The notes under the pieces are model-generated. The model made no database searches and was not told where the DNA came from. It worked only from the letters and a program-made list of their open reading frames with translations. A stretch of DNA of 64,000 nucleotides from Schizochytrium sp. TIO01 (lineage: Eukaryota > Protista > Bigyra: Labyrinthulomycetes), in contig SMSO01000032.1 in NCBI GenBank assembly GCA_004764695.1, forward strand, positions 7,410,483 to 7,474,482, given 5' to 3'. Below are positions 1 through 11,270 of the stretch, piece after piece; position 1 is the stretch's first letter, and every line of letters begins with the position of its first letter. The translations under genes and the position numbers were made by a program.

Positions 1-8
1 TGGCAACG

Positions 9-1700
9 ATGCGACAGGAGTTCATCTCTACTGTATCTCATGAGGTCCGTACTCCGCTCCAGAGCATTATCGGCTTTGGCGAAATCCTTGAGCAGAGCGA
101 CCTCGACCCTTCACAGCAACAGATGCTTAAAACAATGCTTGAGAGCTCAAGAATGCTCTGCACAATCATCAACGACATCCTTGACTTTAGTAAGTATCAA
201 AAGGATGACTTCGTACTCGAAGATGAACCTTTCCCTATCATGGATGCCATCATCTCCTCTCTTCGCATTTCTTCAAACCGGGCGACTAGTAAAGGTGTTA
301 CGCTGCGCTACAAAATTTGCAATCGTGTACCTGCCATTGTGTGCGGCGATCTCACTCGTATCGTACAGATTTTATCAAATTTGATCTCTAACGGTGTTAA
401 GTTCACGCCTGAAGGTGCTGTAAGTGTCCATGTTAATGTCGTCGAATCAAAATATGTTATGGATGCCTGGCTGCAAGACTTTTTCAATAGGCCTTGCACC
501 TTCACACCCGTTCAGCCTAGTACCGCCAGTGACTTTGCTTCTATTGATGGTGTCGCGACTAAGCCCCGTACAATCAGTGAGACCAGTATAAGCAGCGAGC
601 ATGAAATCCCTATCCGGCCTAGCTCACCAACTGAAAACTCGAAACTTCTTGAGTCTCACCTCACTCCTCCCTGCGTTGACTCTCCTAGAAAGTCGAGAGG
701 CCATAACAAAGATCTTCCATATGGTAAAAACCGGGAGGGGCCTTGGGGTATCATGTTACAAGTTATTGACTCTGGTGTTGGTGTTGCTCCAGAATCTTTT
801 AATCGTATTTTCCGGCGTTTCATGCAGAGCGACACCTCGACCACTCGTATGTTTGGTGGAACTGGCCTTGGTCTGTCTATCGTTCAACAGCTGGCATCTC
901 GTATGGGAGGTACTATCCATGTCGAAAGTGTCCAAGGGAAAGGTTCGATTTTCACTGTCTTTCTTCAACTGAAACCAACCGAGGACAGTCCCTTGCTCAC
1001 GCCATCGACATCATACGAAGTTCTACCTCCTCCTTCAATCTCACCAAAAACTGACCGTGTTGAAAAGGGACACAAACCCGTTGACATTGCTACTGTTGAG
1101 GACGCCTTACAACAATCGAATAGTGAAGTTGAGTCAAAAGCAGCAGCCGCATCAGAATCCGAGGTACCTCGTCCCAAATCTTTGCCAAAGACACCACCCA
1201 AGTCCGCGAAAAGCAATTCAACTAAGTCGCAGGTTCCAGTGACACCCCACAGAGCAAGGCGCGTTCTTCTTGTTGATGATAACGAGATTAATCGAGCTGT
1301 CACTAAGCCTATGTTACATAAAGCTGGCGTCCCCGATGTCAACACTGCATCCAATGGGCAGCAAGCCTACGAGGAGTTGGAGGATATGTCCGAGCCCTAC
1401 GACGCAGTTTTCCTTGACCTTCATATGCCTGTTATGGATGGATACACCACTGTTGAAAAAATCCGAGCCAATCTCCCCTCGATCGATAATATTCCCATTT
1501 TTGCCTTCACAGCCGCATCCTTTGACAATAAGGAAAGCCAGGAGCTTCGCGAGAAGGGTTTCTCGGGAATTGTTACTAAGCCTTGCACTCTTGCTCGCAT
1601 TAAAAAGGCTCTCGACCTCACGATCGAATATAAGGAGAAGTTGATCTCCGAGGATGAACTCTTCACGCGCAGTGAAATGATCTGCTCGCAGCGCAACTAA
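9..1700 (+). CDS. Hybrid histidine kinase (HisKA + HATPase_c + receiver), 5'-truncated by the window edge
   Basis: H-box FISTVSHEVRTPL, N-box NLISNGVKFT, G1 DSGVG, G2 FGGTGLGLSI; receiver LLVDDNEIN...FLDLHMPVMDG...FTA...KP. The frame is open to the window start, so sensor domains probably lie upstream. Confidence 0.95.
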   Translation: MRQEFISTVSHEVRTPLQSIIGFGEILEQSDLDPSQQQMLKTMLESSRMLCTIINDILDFSKYQKDDFVLEDEPFPIMDAIISSLRISSNRATSKGVTLRYKICNRVPAIVCGDLTRIVQILSNLISNGVKFTPEGAVSVHVNVVESKYVMDAWLQDFFNRPCTFTPVQPSTASDFASIDGVATKPRTISETSISSEHEIPIRPSSPTENSKLLESHLTPPCVDSPRKSRGHNKDLPYGKNREGPWGIMLQVIDSGVGVAPESFNRIFRRFMQSDTSTTRMFGGTGLGLSIVQQLASRMGGTIHVESVQGKGSIFTVFLQLKPTEDSPLLTPSTSYEVLPPPSISPKTDRVEKGHKPVDIATVEDALQQSNSEVESKAAAASESEVPRPKSLPKTPPKSAKSNSTKSQVPVTPHRARRVLLVDDNEINRAVTKPMLHKAGVPDVNTASNGQQAYEELEDMSEPYDAVFLDLHMPVMDGYTTVEKIRANLPSIDNIPIFAFTAASFDNKESQELREKGFSGIVTKPCTLARIKKALDLTIEYKEKLISEDELFTRSEMICSQRN

Positions 1701-2599
1701 AGTTCCTTCGCGTATGAAGATCCTTGAATAAGGGATCATCCAAGACAAGCGCTCCTACCTTGCTTGCCAGCAGGAAATGTTCACTTGTCCACTCGGGTAG
1801 GCCCTGCTTCGGGAGTTTATAGTTTATAAAATCTCAGAAGCTCATTTCACATTTCGGAGATTCTGAGTCAACAACTAATTTCTCCTCTGCCTATTAGGAG
1901 GTATGATGCATATATCTCTTCCTTATTGCCTTGTCTCTATTTTCAAAAGTTCATAAGTCATGGGAGGCTTACTCCCTACTTTGTTTGGTCAGCGTTGCAA
2001 ATTTTACGCTCCAACTGTTTCTGGTTATCACAAAGCCAATTACATGCATATATCAATAATCTATAATTTTCCTTCTTTATCTTTTTCTTTTTTCAAACTT
2101 CATCAGAATATCCTGACCCAATTATGCTTGAACTAAATCCTTAAATCCTTAGTGGCACCCTTGACATGATGTATTCTTAAGTTGTACCATATGCAAAAGG
2201 TTGTCCATATCGAGTTTACGTTCTCTTTTATTTCCTTTTTGCTATCTCTTTGCTTTTAAATGGTAATATTTTATTTTAAAAAACAAAAAACAGAAAACCT
2301 ACTACTTCTTTTGTTATTCTATAAATCCGTTGAACTCCTCGAATAGCTGTTTAATTAATTACCTTGATCTATATAGCGTCCTTGTCGTCTATACCTTTCC
2401 ATCTGTCTTCTATCTATTAATTGTACAATCAAAGGCGGGACAAACCTTGTCATCAGTAAAGCCCAAGGGGAGCAACGTCAACATTATTTATTATCACATC
2501 CTTTTCCCTCGAACTGCGCTTGCAACTTGTTTATTCTGCTTCAGTAGAGAAAAGACACCTCATGCTGTATCAAAGACTTGAGTTTCGGAACCTAAAACA

Positions 2600-5437
2600 A
2601 TGGTAAAGACAACAATCCCGCATGGCATCCGCATAGACCTTTCTGATGGGCGACTAAACCAGGAGCACTATATCACCCTAAATAGGATCCTCACAAATGC
2701 TATAGTGATCTTGCCAGAAGACTATGACAAGGAAGTCCGCGTCGAGCTATGGAGGTATGACGACAATGGAGACGAGTTCCTTGCTGGGGGATGGATTGAT
2801 CTATCGAAAGCGAAACCTCCTGCTACTGCAGAAATTATGCTGCTCAACACAGAAGGAGAAAAGACATTCACCTTGCAAGCCAAACTCACCACTCCAACAA
2901 AGCAGGAGTATCAAATACACGTTGAAAGCAAATCACAAGATGATGATGATGACAAAGCCTCTTACTCGTCGGAACATTCAAAAGGCTCGTCTTTGCACTC
3001 GAAGCACTCATCTAATTCTACGGATGAGCATGACCATAATCAATTTACTCTTACTATCCAAAACCTCGTGGAAACTATCGAAATAGGCTCTCTTACCCAA
3101 TGTAAGCATGCAATATCTAAGCTAGCCAGATATGCTTCTATCTCAACTGGTATTCAGACTCGAATGATGAATTGCTTTGGGGTTACTGGTCTACGCACGA
3201 TCATTTGGCAGCTCGAGCGCCATGATCCTGAACTAAGTAAAGCAGTCCATCGCCTTTTATGCTCTCTTACAAGATTCTCACCCAACCATATTGTACGCAT
3301 TGCTCGGGCTTGCGACTGGCCAGGCGTCTTAAGAGAAAACAAGTTCTATTATTACATCCCTCATGCAGTCCTTCGTGAGGCTTTCACAGAGACACACACA
3401 GGAGTCCTATCAGAGGAGGCGTATGCTGAGTTTGCTGAAGAATTTGTAAAGGAGAACTCTGCTGATATTGGTGTTCCAAGCCTTGCAGTTGAAAGTGAGG
3501 CTATTTTTGAAGCTTTACGAACAGAAATGAACGAGAAAAAACTCAGCTTAGGTTACCGACTCGTTAAACTTTTTGCACTATACAACAACTTGTGCACGGC
3601 AGGAGTATCGCCGGAAGCAATAGCAGAAGACCCATTCGTCCAGGTTCAAGTAAGTCTTCCGCCCGGAACATGTATCAAACGATGGTCAGATCTGAGAGAG
3701 CGTTACTTATTTCAGTATTTTAAGCTACAAAATACTACTGCAGAGAGTTTGAAAGAAAACATTACATTGTTGCAAGACTTTATCATGGGTATTCATGGAC
3801 AGCCTGCTAAAATTACAATCATTAACATACGAAGAAAATCACGCTCTCGAATCCATATTCGCGCGCTTGTTGGAGAAGAGGAGCGAAAATTCCGTGCGTC
3901 CATTGACCTTCCTAATAACCAAGATGCTTTGAGGCTTACAGACGAGGAACTTGCACAAGTAGCCTATCGCTGTGACATTGCATCAAATCAAAATAATCAG
4001 ACGATTTTACAAGATTCACACGATATAAAAGAAAGTGCCAACCATAATGACGCACCTATTATGCTACAGCCTATCGAAACTGAAGCAGGAAATCGTTTCC
4101 AGCAGAACAAGAAGAAATTAAAATCAGAAAAGGCGTGTCTTTTAGGGGAATTGGCGAATATTATGCCTCAGGTAGCGGAGTGCTGGAATAAAGGGAGCCG
4201 TGAAGCAGCTGGCAAACTTCTTGTACAAGGCTGTTTGCCTATGATTACACACTTGGCAATGCAGCCAGGTCTTCGAGCCGACGTCGCAGATGCTGTTCGA
4301 AGAGTAAAGCTTAGTCCACAGAACCCACGAGAAATCTATGAGCTTTGGCAGCTTTGTGAGGATCTCACTGAAGATCAAAGTCCAGCGACTAGGTTAACAT
4401 CTTCTATGTCACTAGTTGCAGATCTTTGGAATAGCAACAAACGTGTCGAAGCCGGTACACTCTTAGTTGCAAAGAGTACGCCATTGCTAAAACATCTTCC
4501 TTCACAAACAAACCTACGAAAAAACTTGGCAAATTCGTTAAAGCGCGTTCGCTTGAAGCCTCAGAATGAACGGGCTATCATGGCTTTGTGGCGAGTCTGC
4601 GAAGAAATTAATCGAGAACTCAATTTACGCCAACTTCAACACCCTCAAAATGGGGACTCAACCAGTCATTCTAGTCGGAAATTATCTTGCGACATTGCTC
4701 GCCATAACAGACTTACCAGAGAGACAATTTTTGAGGAAACTCGCAAGACGAAAGACCAAGCTTTTGAAAATTCTCTTGCTAAACAGCGTGCTAGGCAAAC
4801 AGCAATTGAGGAATCCCGTGCACGTCTGAGGCATGAGCGCGAGCAAGATGCTTATCACAAGTCATTAGAAAAAACAAAAGAAGCTGAGCGCCTTGCCCGA
4901 TATGAAGCGGAATGGTATCGTGAAGAAATGCGATTACGAGAAGTTGAAGCTAAAATGCGAGCAAAAGAGGTGCGTGAGGATTTAAAGCGGAGAGCAGCAG
5001 CAAAAGCTCACAATGACAAAGTGATGGAAGAACAACGCAAGCGAGTACAAAAAGCAAATCGTGAAGCCTTTCTCGAGCAGGAGCGCCGTAAAGAAGAGTA
5101 CGAATCCCGGGCACATGCTCGCGAGAATCGATTGCGTTATAAAGAGCAACAATCTAGAAAATCGAAGGATCGTAAGCCGATCCCTGAGCACTTGAGCTAT
5201 GAAAGCAAACAGAGAGCTCGCCCACCAATAGGAAAGTGCCATACATGTCATCCACCGTATATCAAACCAACAGAACAGAATCAAAATCTATATGCGACGG
5301 TGGACTGGGAAAACGTATGCGATTGGCCAGAGTTGCCAGATTTTCAGTACATTGAAGATTCTGCAATTGATATCGCAGCAAGAGGTATGTTAAGTAAGAA
5401 GAAGACCACTCCTGTCCGTCGACACAAGAAAAAGTAG
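2600..5437 (+). CDS. Uncharacterised 945-aa protein: C2-like N-terminus, helical middle, two ~80-aa internal repeats, C-terminal charged coiled coil
   Basis: Long ATG-started ORF. VRVELWRYDDNGDEFLAGGWIDL resembles a C2 strand motif; E/R/K-rich coiled coil near the C-terminus. Confidence 0.8.
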   Translation: MVKTTIPHGIRIDLSDGRLNQEHYITLNRILTNAIVILPEDYDKEVRVELWRYDDNGDEFLAGGWIDLSKAKPPATAEIMLLNTEGEKTFTLQAKLTTPTKQEYQIHVESKSQDDDDDKASYSSEHSKGSSLHSKHSSNSTDEHDHNQFTLTIQNLVETIEIGSLTQCKHAISKLARYASISTGIQTRMMNCFGVTGLRTIIWQLERHDPELSKAVHRLLCSLTRFSPNHIVRIARACDWPGVLRENKFYYYIPHAVLREAFTETHTGVLSEEAYAEFAEEFVKENSADIGVPSLAVESEAIFEALRTEMNEKKLSLGYRLVKLFALYNNLCTAGVSPEAIAEDPFVQVQVSLPPGTCIKRWSDLRERYLFQYFKLQNTTAESLKENITLLQDFIMGIHGQPAKITIINIRRKSRSRIHIRALVGEEERKFRASIDLPNNQDALRLTDEELAQVAYRCDIASNQNNQTILQDSHDIKESANHNDAPIMLQPIETEAGNRFQQNKKKLKSEKACLLGELANIMPQVAECWNKGSREAAGKLLVQGCLPMITHLAMQPGLRADVADAVRRVKLSPQNPREIYELWQLCEDLTEDQSPATRLTSSMSLVADLWNSNKRVEAGTLLVAKSTPLLKHLPSQTNLRKNLANSLKRVRLKPQNERAIMALWRVCEEINRELNLRQLQHPQNGDSTSHSSRKLSCDIARHNRLTRETIFEETRKTKDQAFENSLAKQRARQTAIEESRARLRHEREQDAYHKSLEKTKEAERLARYEAEWYREEMRLREVEAKMRAKEVREDLKRRAAAKAHNDKVMEEQRKRVQKANREAFLEQERRKEEYESRAHARENRLRYKEQQSRKSKDRKPIPEHLSYESKQRARPPIGKCHTCHPPYIKPTEQNQNLYATVDWENVCDWPELPDFQYIEDSAIDIAARGMLSKKKTTPVRRHKKK

Positions 5438-5615
5438 TCATTATCTTTTTTATATAAAATCAAAACAGAGATTTGCGAAAATGACTAGGGATGCAGCTAT
5501 GATTTTTTTTTTTTAATTTTTTCGTGGAATTGTATAGTACAGATACATTTGGTAAGATGTAAAAATATATACTTGATTGTAACATCACATAAGTCAATAA
5601 TTATCTAACAAGCTT

Positions 5616-7658
5616 TCACATATCATCATCTTGGGAGGCTTCTGAAAAGACTTCATCTTTGTGATCGCTTTGGTAAGATTTGCGAGGAGACGATAAATCC
5701 CCATCGCTAATCTCATCTCCACCATCTCTTCGCTGATCTTCCAAACTCTCAAGAATATCTTGGAAGGTTGGGACATCCGGCAACTCTCTAACACCAGCCC
5801 TTTTCAAACGAACCTTGAGAATTGATGCATGATTTAAATAGGTTTCAAGAGCAAGTCGCAATGCTTTGTTTTGCCACTGACTAGTTTGCAGCTCTCGATC
5901 AATACTTAATAGCTGATCCCTTAAGTACTTGTCACGACTTTTGACCTCTACTTCCACAGCGGATTTGATGTTCTTCTCTTCGAGAATACTCAATAACTTA
6001 CGACGATGCTTCCTTTGAAAGTCCTCTAGGTACTTAGTCAAACGTTTTTTGTCACGTTGAAGCTCGCGCACCTCCTTTCGTTTGCTATCAAGGCTGAGTC
6101 GCAACTCACGCACATGCGTTTCGGCCTCAGAGACCTTCAGCCTTGCGAGCATTTCAAGATCCTCCATGTCTCCCTCCAGCTCTTCCACGCGTGTCATAGC
6201 TTTCTTTGCTTCAGCTTGAGCTATGTCTCTAGCCTCATTGGCTTCTTGGACATATGAGTCATATCTATCGCTCGAAGGGAGAGCCTCATCTCCATCAGCT
6301 GCAGAAAAACTGCCGGGCTTGTTTTCTTGGGATTGAAACGAGGACACTTTTAGCTCTTCCAAGGTCTCTTCTAAGTTTTCGATATGATCGTCTTGGGCTT
6401 CAAGCTTGGCAGTGAGATCTTTTTCAACTTTCTCAAGGCGTCGCTCTGCAGTATCAGCTCGTTTACGCTCTGCGGCAAGGTTTTCAGAGAGTGCCCGATG
6501 CTCCTGCGATAATCGATCGCGATCTTCTTTTGATGCCGAGACTTCAAAAAGACGTTGTTTTGCTTCAGATAATTGAGTGTGCAACGAATTTACTTCATCG
6601 AGCATGGATTCCTCACGGTTTTTAAAGTCTTTAATCTTCTCTAGGAGTTCAAGTGACTCTCCGCGCGCAGTTTGGCTTTCTTTTCCTGCTCGACTATGAT
6701 GCTGCAACTCTCCTCGTAATTGAGCCAATTGAGACTCCAGCTGGCGGACCTCATCCTCGAGTCCTTCTTTTTGGTGAGAGAGTTCTACATTCTCACCTTG
6801 TAACGTGCTAATTGTTTGTTTTAATCGACCTTGTTTTTCGCTCATGCGATCGAGTTTATCTCGCACTTGATGCAAATCGCGTACCTCACGGCGCAGCTCA
6901 TCTATAGTATCTACATAAGCTTTACTACACCGTTCTCGTGCCATCAGCTCAACCTGCAAGTCTTCTATCTTAGCCAAAAGCTCTCCAACATGAGCACTAC
7001 GCCCTGTGCTTGGCCTCGTGGATTTGTTATCATGTTCACGGACATTTTCTGTCTGTTCCTCATCATCACTTCCAGCATTATCTTCATCTGCTTCATCGAT
7101 AGAATAGTCTTGCTCACCAGTTTGATTAATCCTTTTGATTTGGCTACGCTTAGCGCGCGGCAATGTCTCATCTATGTTCTCAACGTCTCCACATTTACTT
7201 TCAGAGTCTTGATTATAGGAATGAGACCTTTTTCGTGCAGCTTTGCCAAGCTCCACTCTTAGGCGTCGTATCTCCAAACTAAGCTCTTCGCGAGATTTTG
7301 GACGAAACCTTTTGGGACCGCCAAGAGTTTTCTTGATAATAAACTCGTCAATTTCATTCGATGATTTTCCTGTAGCGCTCTCCAATTCTCTCTTTAATAC
7401 ATCCACAACAAGGTCTTGTTCTTTACCTTGATTTCGTAAGGACTGGATGAGAGCGGTGCGGCGGGATTCTTTCCCCTGAGACTTTAACGTGTCAACCTGC
7501 TTCCGTAGCTGGTCAATACTTTTCATCAATGCACGGGTTTTTTGTTCGTGCATTGTCTGGAGAGCGCGAACCTTGCTTGACTCACTTGCACCAATATTAT
7601 CAGCCATGGTGCTGTGTTTTGTTGAACTTTTCCTGTGTATTGTTTTAGATGCAGACAT
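5616..7658 (-). CDS. Long coiled-coil protein (possibly centrosomal/ciliary)
   Basis: ~680-aa heptad-rich ORF with a conserved-looking N-terminal block (LQTMHEQKTRALMKSI...LGGPKRFRPKSREEL). The track start at 7733 is TTG; first ATG is 7658, alternative 7607. Confidence 0.8.
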   Translation of the reverse strand: MSASKTIHRKSSTKHSTMADNIGASESSKVRALQTMHEQKTRALMKSIDQLRKQVDTLKSQGKESRRTALIQSLRNQGKEQDLVVDVLKRELESATGKSSNEIDEFIIKKTLGGPKRFRPKSREELSLEIRRLRVELGKAARKRSHSYNQDSESKCGDVENIDETLPRAKRSQIKRINQTGEQDYSIDEADEDNAGSDDEEQTENVREHDNKSTRPSTGRSAHVGELLAKIEDLQVELMARERCSKAYVDTIDELRREVRDLHQVRDKLDRMSEKQGRLKQTISTLQGENVELSHQKEGLEDEVRQLESQLAQLRGELQHHSRAGKESQTARGESLELLEKIKDFKNREESMLDEVNSLHTQLSEAKQRLFEVSASKEDRDRLSQEHRALSENLAAERKRADTAERRLEKVEKDLTAKLEAQDDHIENLEETLEELKVSSFQSQENKPGSFSAADGDEALPSSDRYDSYVQEANEARDIAQAEAKKAMTRVEELEGDMEDLEMLARLKVSEAETHVRELRLSLDSKRKEVRELQRDKKRLTKYLEDFQRKHRRKLLSILEEKNIKSAVEVEVKSRDKYLRDQLLSIDRELQTSQWQNKALRLALETYLNHASILKVRLKRAGVRELPDVPTFQDILESLEDQRRDGGDEISDGDLSSPRKSYQSDHKDEVFSEASQDDDM

Positions 7659-8296
7659 TGTTTTTGTTCGTTTGTATTGAAGGCGACCTTCCCGCCAATA
7701 GTAAGTGAAAGCCTTGCTCCACCAAAGCTCCAACTTCTTGATCTCAACCTATGCAAACGTTTGCTCACAAACCAACAAGTACAGCCTTCTACAATTTAAT
7801 ATCCTCTAGGTTTAGAAACACTGCCTGAGGTGAATGATAGAATTGTTGAGCTTAGTGCAAGTAAATCTAATTCCAGAGATATTGGCGCAGCCCTTACTAA
7901 CCCAAGACGTGTTCCTTTTGATCCTTTAGGCTAAACTGATCAAAAACGTTTCAAATAACCAAGCGGACAACCCTTTGATTGCCAGAAGCCGTAGGTGGCC
8001 CAGTTCAAGCTCCGGGGTTCCTGATATCCATGCAGATCACTCGTTTTGGGCTTTACGCTTGCTCGAGAAATATGAACAATACTTGGCCCCTAGTCCCGCC
8101 ACTTTGCTCCTTATTTCCAGCTTTCCAAGAGCCCTTTTTACTAAGATGAAACAAATTCAGGGCCTCAGGTAGACAAAAGCATGCAAATGAGACTTTACCC
8201 AGGTCCCCATCTGCTCCCGTAACGGCCACCTTTGGCTAATGTTTTGCAAACTACCCCCCTTTCTGCACTGTATCTCCCTCAGACACATATACCCCC

Positions 8297-8417
8297 CATT
8301 GCCACTGGAGTATTTTCTGCATAATTTACCTTGTGTGTGAGTCTGCCCTCACTGCAATTAATGCCTCACATATATCTGCACTCTGTGGCCTTTGTAGGAG
8401 GCAAGTTGAGGTGGCAT
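8297..8417 (-). pseudogene. Frameshifted ankyrin-repeat fragment
   Basis: The minus strand reads MPPQLASYKGH / ADICEALIAVRADSHT / VNYAENTPVAM across two frameshifts, matching the ankyrin consensus TPLHxAAxxGHxxIVxxLLxxGADxNxxxxxGxTPL. Confidence 0.45.
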
Positions 8418-8993
8418 TCAATTTTCTTCGCTATAAAGGTGGATTTTTGTGAGAAGATACCACTGGGTCTCTATAATGGTAGTGGAAGGGAAGATACACA
8501 ACCCGCGTAGTCGCAGGATAGTCAATAGACAAAAGCAGCGAGCGAGGGCTTCTGCCTCTTCAGACTTTGATCGAGCGCGAGTCCGCGGCGAACTTCGAGC
8601 CCTTCGTGCGTGCGAGGCGTGCCCCGAGGCCCCTGCGAAACCAGGTATCTCCAAACCCCATCTGAATCCCCCGAGCGCGGATCAGACAAAGAGGCAGATC
8701 CAGTCGGCCTCTTTGAATCAATCCCCCACTTCTTACTCTTCTCTCCGGTGTTCACAGACGAAGAAAGAAAAGGTCGGCGAATATCCAAATCTAGAAAGGG
8801 CTTGCGAAGGTCTCTGTAACTCATTAGTCGATCCTTGAAGTCGTGCAGTGGAGCGGCCTTGAGCGACCTTGATAGCTAAATTATTGCTTCTTGTGAAGAG
8901 TCAAAGACCTGCTTTCGGTGCGGGATCTTGGATTCGTCAATTTTCATTTATTCTTGTGAGTAAGATTTGCTTGCAGATTAAGGAAGTGTCAAG

Positions 8994-10139
8994 ATGAGTT
9001 TGCTTAAGCTCAATACCGTGGGTATCACTTGCCATGCCTGGAGCCCCGACAGGAAGCGCATTGCCGTGTGTGAAAATACGGAAAAGGTCTTCATTTATGG
9101 AAATGCTGACAAGCCGGACCCCAAGGACTGGGTGAAGGAGCACGAGCTAGTGGGCCACGACCTCGTGGTTTCGGCCATTGACTGGTCCCCTGTGCATAAC
9201 AAAATCGTCACCTGCTCACACGACCGTAATGCATTTGTGTGGACCTTTGCCGACGGCGTATGGAAACCAAGTTTGTCCATTCTCCGAATCAACCGCGCTG
9301 CTCTTGACGTCAAGTGGTCCCCTGACGGCAACAAGTTCGCAGTAGCTAGTGGTGCCAAGGTCGTCCCAGTGTGCCACTACGAGAAGCAGAACGATTGGTG
9401 GATTTCTAAGATGATCAAAAAGCACAAGTCTACTGTCACCAGCGTTGCTTGGCACCCGAACAGCCAGCTCCTCGCTACTGGTAGCACAGACTTCCGCTGC
9501 CGCATCTTCTCTGCACACATCTCCGACATCGAGAGTGGTATTGAGACTGTTCTTGGTGATACTGGCAAGACCCCATTCGGTGACCTTCTTATGGAGTTTG
9601 ATGCCTCTAATGGTTGGGTCTCTGATGTTGCTTTCTCCCCTGAGGGAAACAAGCTAGCTTTTGTTGGTCATGACTCCACTGTGAGCTTTGTTTCTCTCGA
9701 GTCTGGCTCCCCCCAATGCCAGACTCTGAAGTCTAAGAACCTTCCCAACCAGGTTGTGATGTTCCTCAGCGAAGATGTGGCTGTAGCTGCTGGCCACGAG
9801 TTCAACCCGGAAATTTACCAGTTTGACGGATCGTCTTGGTCTTGCCTTGGTTTTGTGGACCAGAAGGGCTCTGGCGGCTCCTCAGCTGCTAAGAAAGCGG
9901 CATCGAACTTCAGCGCGGCTCGCAACATTTGGGCCAACAAGACCACTCGCGGCACTGAGTCAAACGATGGTGCTGACGATCTCTGGACTCGCCACCACAA
10001 CACAATTACGGACATCCACCCGTACTCCGATGAGCTTACTGCTGCCAAGATCGACTCCTTCTCCACCTCGGCCCTAGATGGTCGCATCTGCATTTGGACC
10101 TCGGATGACCTTTCCAAGGTTTCTGGCATCTCTCTCTAA
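8994..10139 (+). CDS. ARPC1: Arp2/3 complex subunit 1 (p41-Arc, WD40)
   Basis: ITCHAWSPDR, IVTCSHDRNAFVW, WKPSLSILRINRAA, KFAVASGAK, YEKQNDWWISKMIKKHKSTV, AWHPNSQLLATGSTDFRCRIFSA are ARPC1 signature blocks. Confidence 0.97.
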   Translation: MSLLKLNTVGITCHAWSPDRKRIAVCENTEKVFIYGNADKPDPKDWVKEHELVGHDLVVSAIDWSPVHNKIVTCSHDRNAFVWTFADGVWKPSLSILRINRAALDVKWSPDGNKFAVASGAKVVPVCHYEKQNDWWISKMIKKHKSTVTSVAWHPNSQLLATGSTDFRCRIFSAHISDIESGIETVLGDTGKTPFGDLLMEFDASNGWVSDVAFSPEGNKLAFVGHDSTVSFVSLESGSPQCQTLKSKNLPNQVVMFLSEDVAVAAGHEFNPEIYQFDGSSWSCLGFVDQKGSGGSSAAKKAASNFSAARNIWANKTTRGTESNDGADDLWTRHHNTITDIHPYSDELTAAKIDSFSTSALDGRICIWTSDDLSKVSGISL

Positions 10140-11270
10140 GCCAAAGCTAGCAGCTACCTGAGAATAAGACGAGGGCCGGGCTTTGACCGATGAAAGCTTA
10201 ACCAAAAACCAAAGAGCGCTTCCTACGCGAAATATCCCTGCCCACTTTTGCTCCTTTCTTTTGCCATTACGTTTACGACCACATCCCACATGGCGTCAGC
10301 GGGCTCGTGTGCCTACTAGCCTACCCACATCAGGAAGGAGGATACATGTGCCACACATTCTTCTCTGGGCTTCGAAATTAGTATTGAGAATGAATGAATT
10401 GTTGTTGATAGCATACTTTACGTACATGCCAAGACACACGCCTACATAAAAGTGGCTGTGAAACTTTTTCTTCTTTTCCTTTCTTTTCCTTTCTTATCCT
10501 TATCCATCCTTCAGACCTCCTCATTTCTGTTCCCCTGCGGTATCTTGTTCAATTGTTCTTTACCTTCTTGTTTGAGCGCAAACATAACTAGACTAGATGC
10601 CCACATATTCGCACCAAATTCAGTTGGCTCTTTTGATCTTTTTTTACCTCATTCAAATAAGATATGTAAATGTACTTCCTTCGCTCGAGGAGGGGAAGGA
10701 GTTATGGGCGACCTGCATTAGAAAACATCACGTATGATCTTGACACAGGCCTGCAAACTCTTGGGTTTGTATGTGGGGGGGAGGGGCGTCGCAATTGAAG
10801 GCTTAAAAAGCTATTTTAATGTTGCCGATATGGCTGTGGTGATATTAAATCCGAGGCAGTTGTTCAAGATCAAACTTTCAACGACAAATTGGAAAAAAAA
10901 AATTGAGGTCTCGATCAGTTGATCTGGCTTACAATTAATGTATAGTATATCAAGAAAGCTTGCACCATCTGTACGCGGAGCCCTGAGGGCTTAGCCGGGA
11001 TACAGTGAGTGAGACAAGCTCTAGAGGAAAGCAGCATTAGCATTACAGCCTCTTAAAGGGTTTGATAGTGCTTCACAACGCGGGCCTACAGAAGCAAGCT
11101 GTTTTTCTCTCGAGTATCTTCACTCGCAGCACTCAGGCCCCCCATTCCCTGCTACATCCGCAGCAGCCGATTACCTTTGAGCACAATAGCTCAAAATCAC
11201 GTGCAACATATATTAGAGATACGCTTTGCTTAAAGGTTTGACGGCTGCAAACATGAAAGACACCAACCAC

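Noticed and set aside
8449-8838. 129-aa ORF upstream of ARPC1
   Set aside because: Non-ATG start, lies in CpG-rich promoter/5' UTR DNA, and has no recognisable motif.
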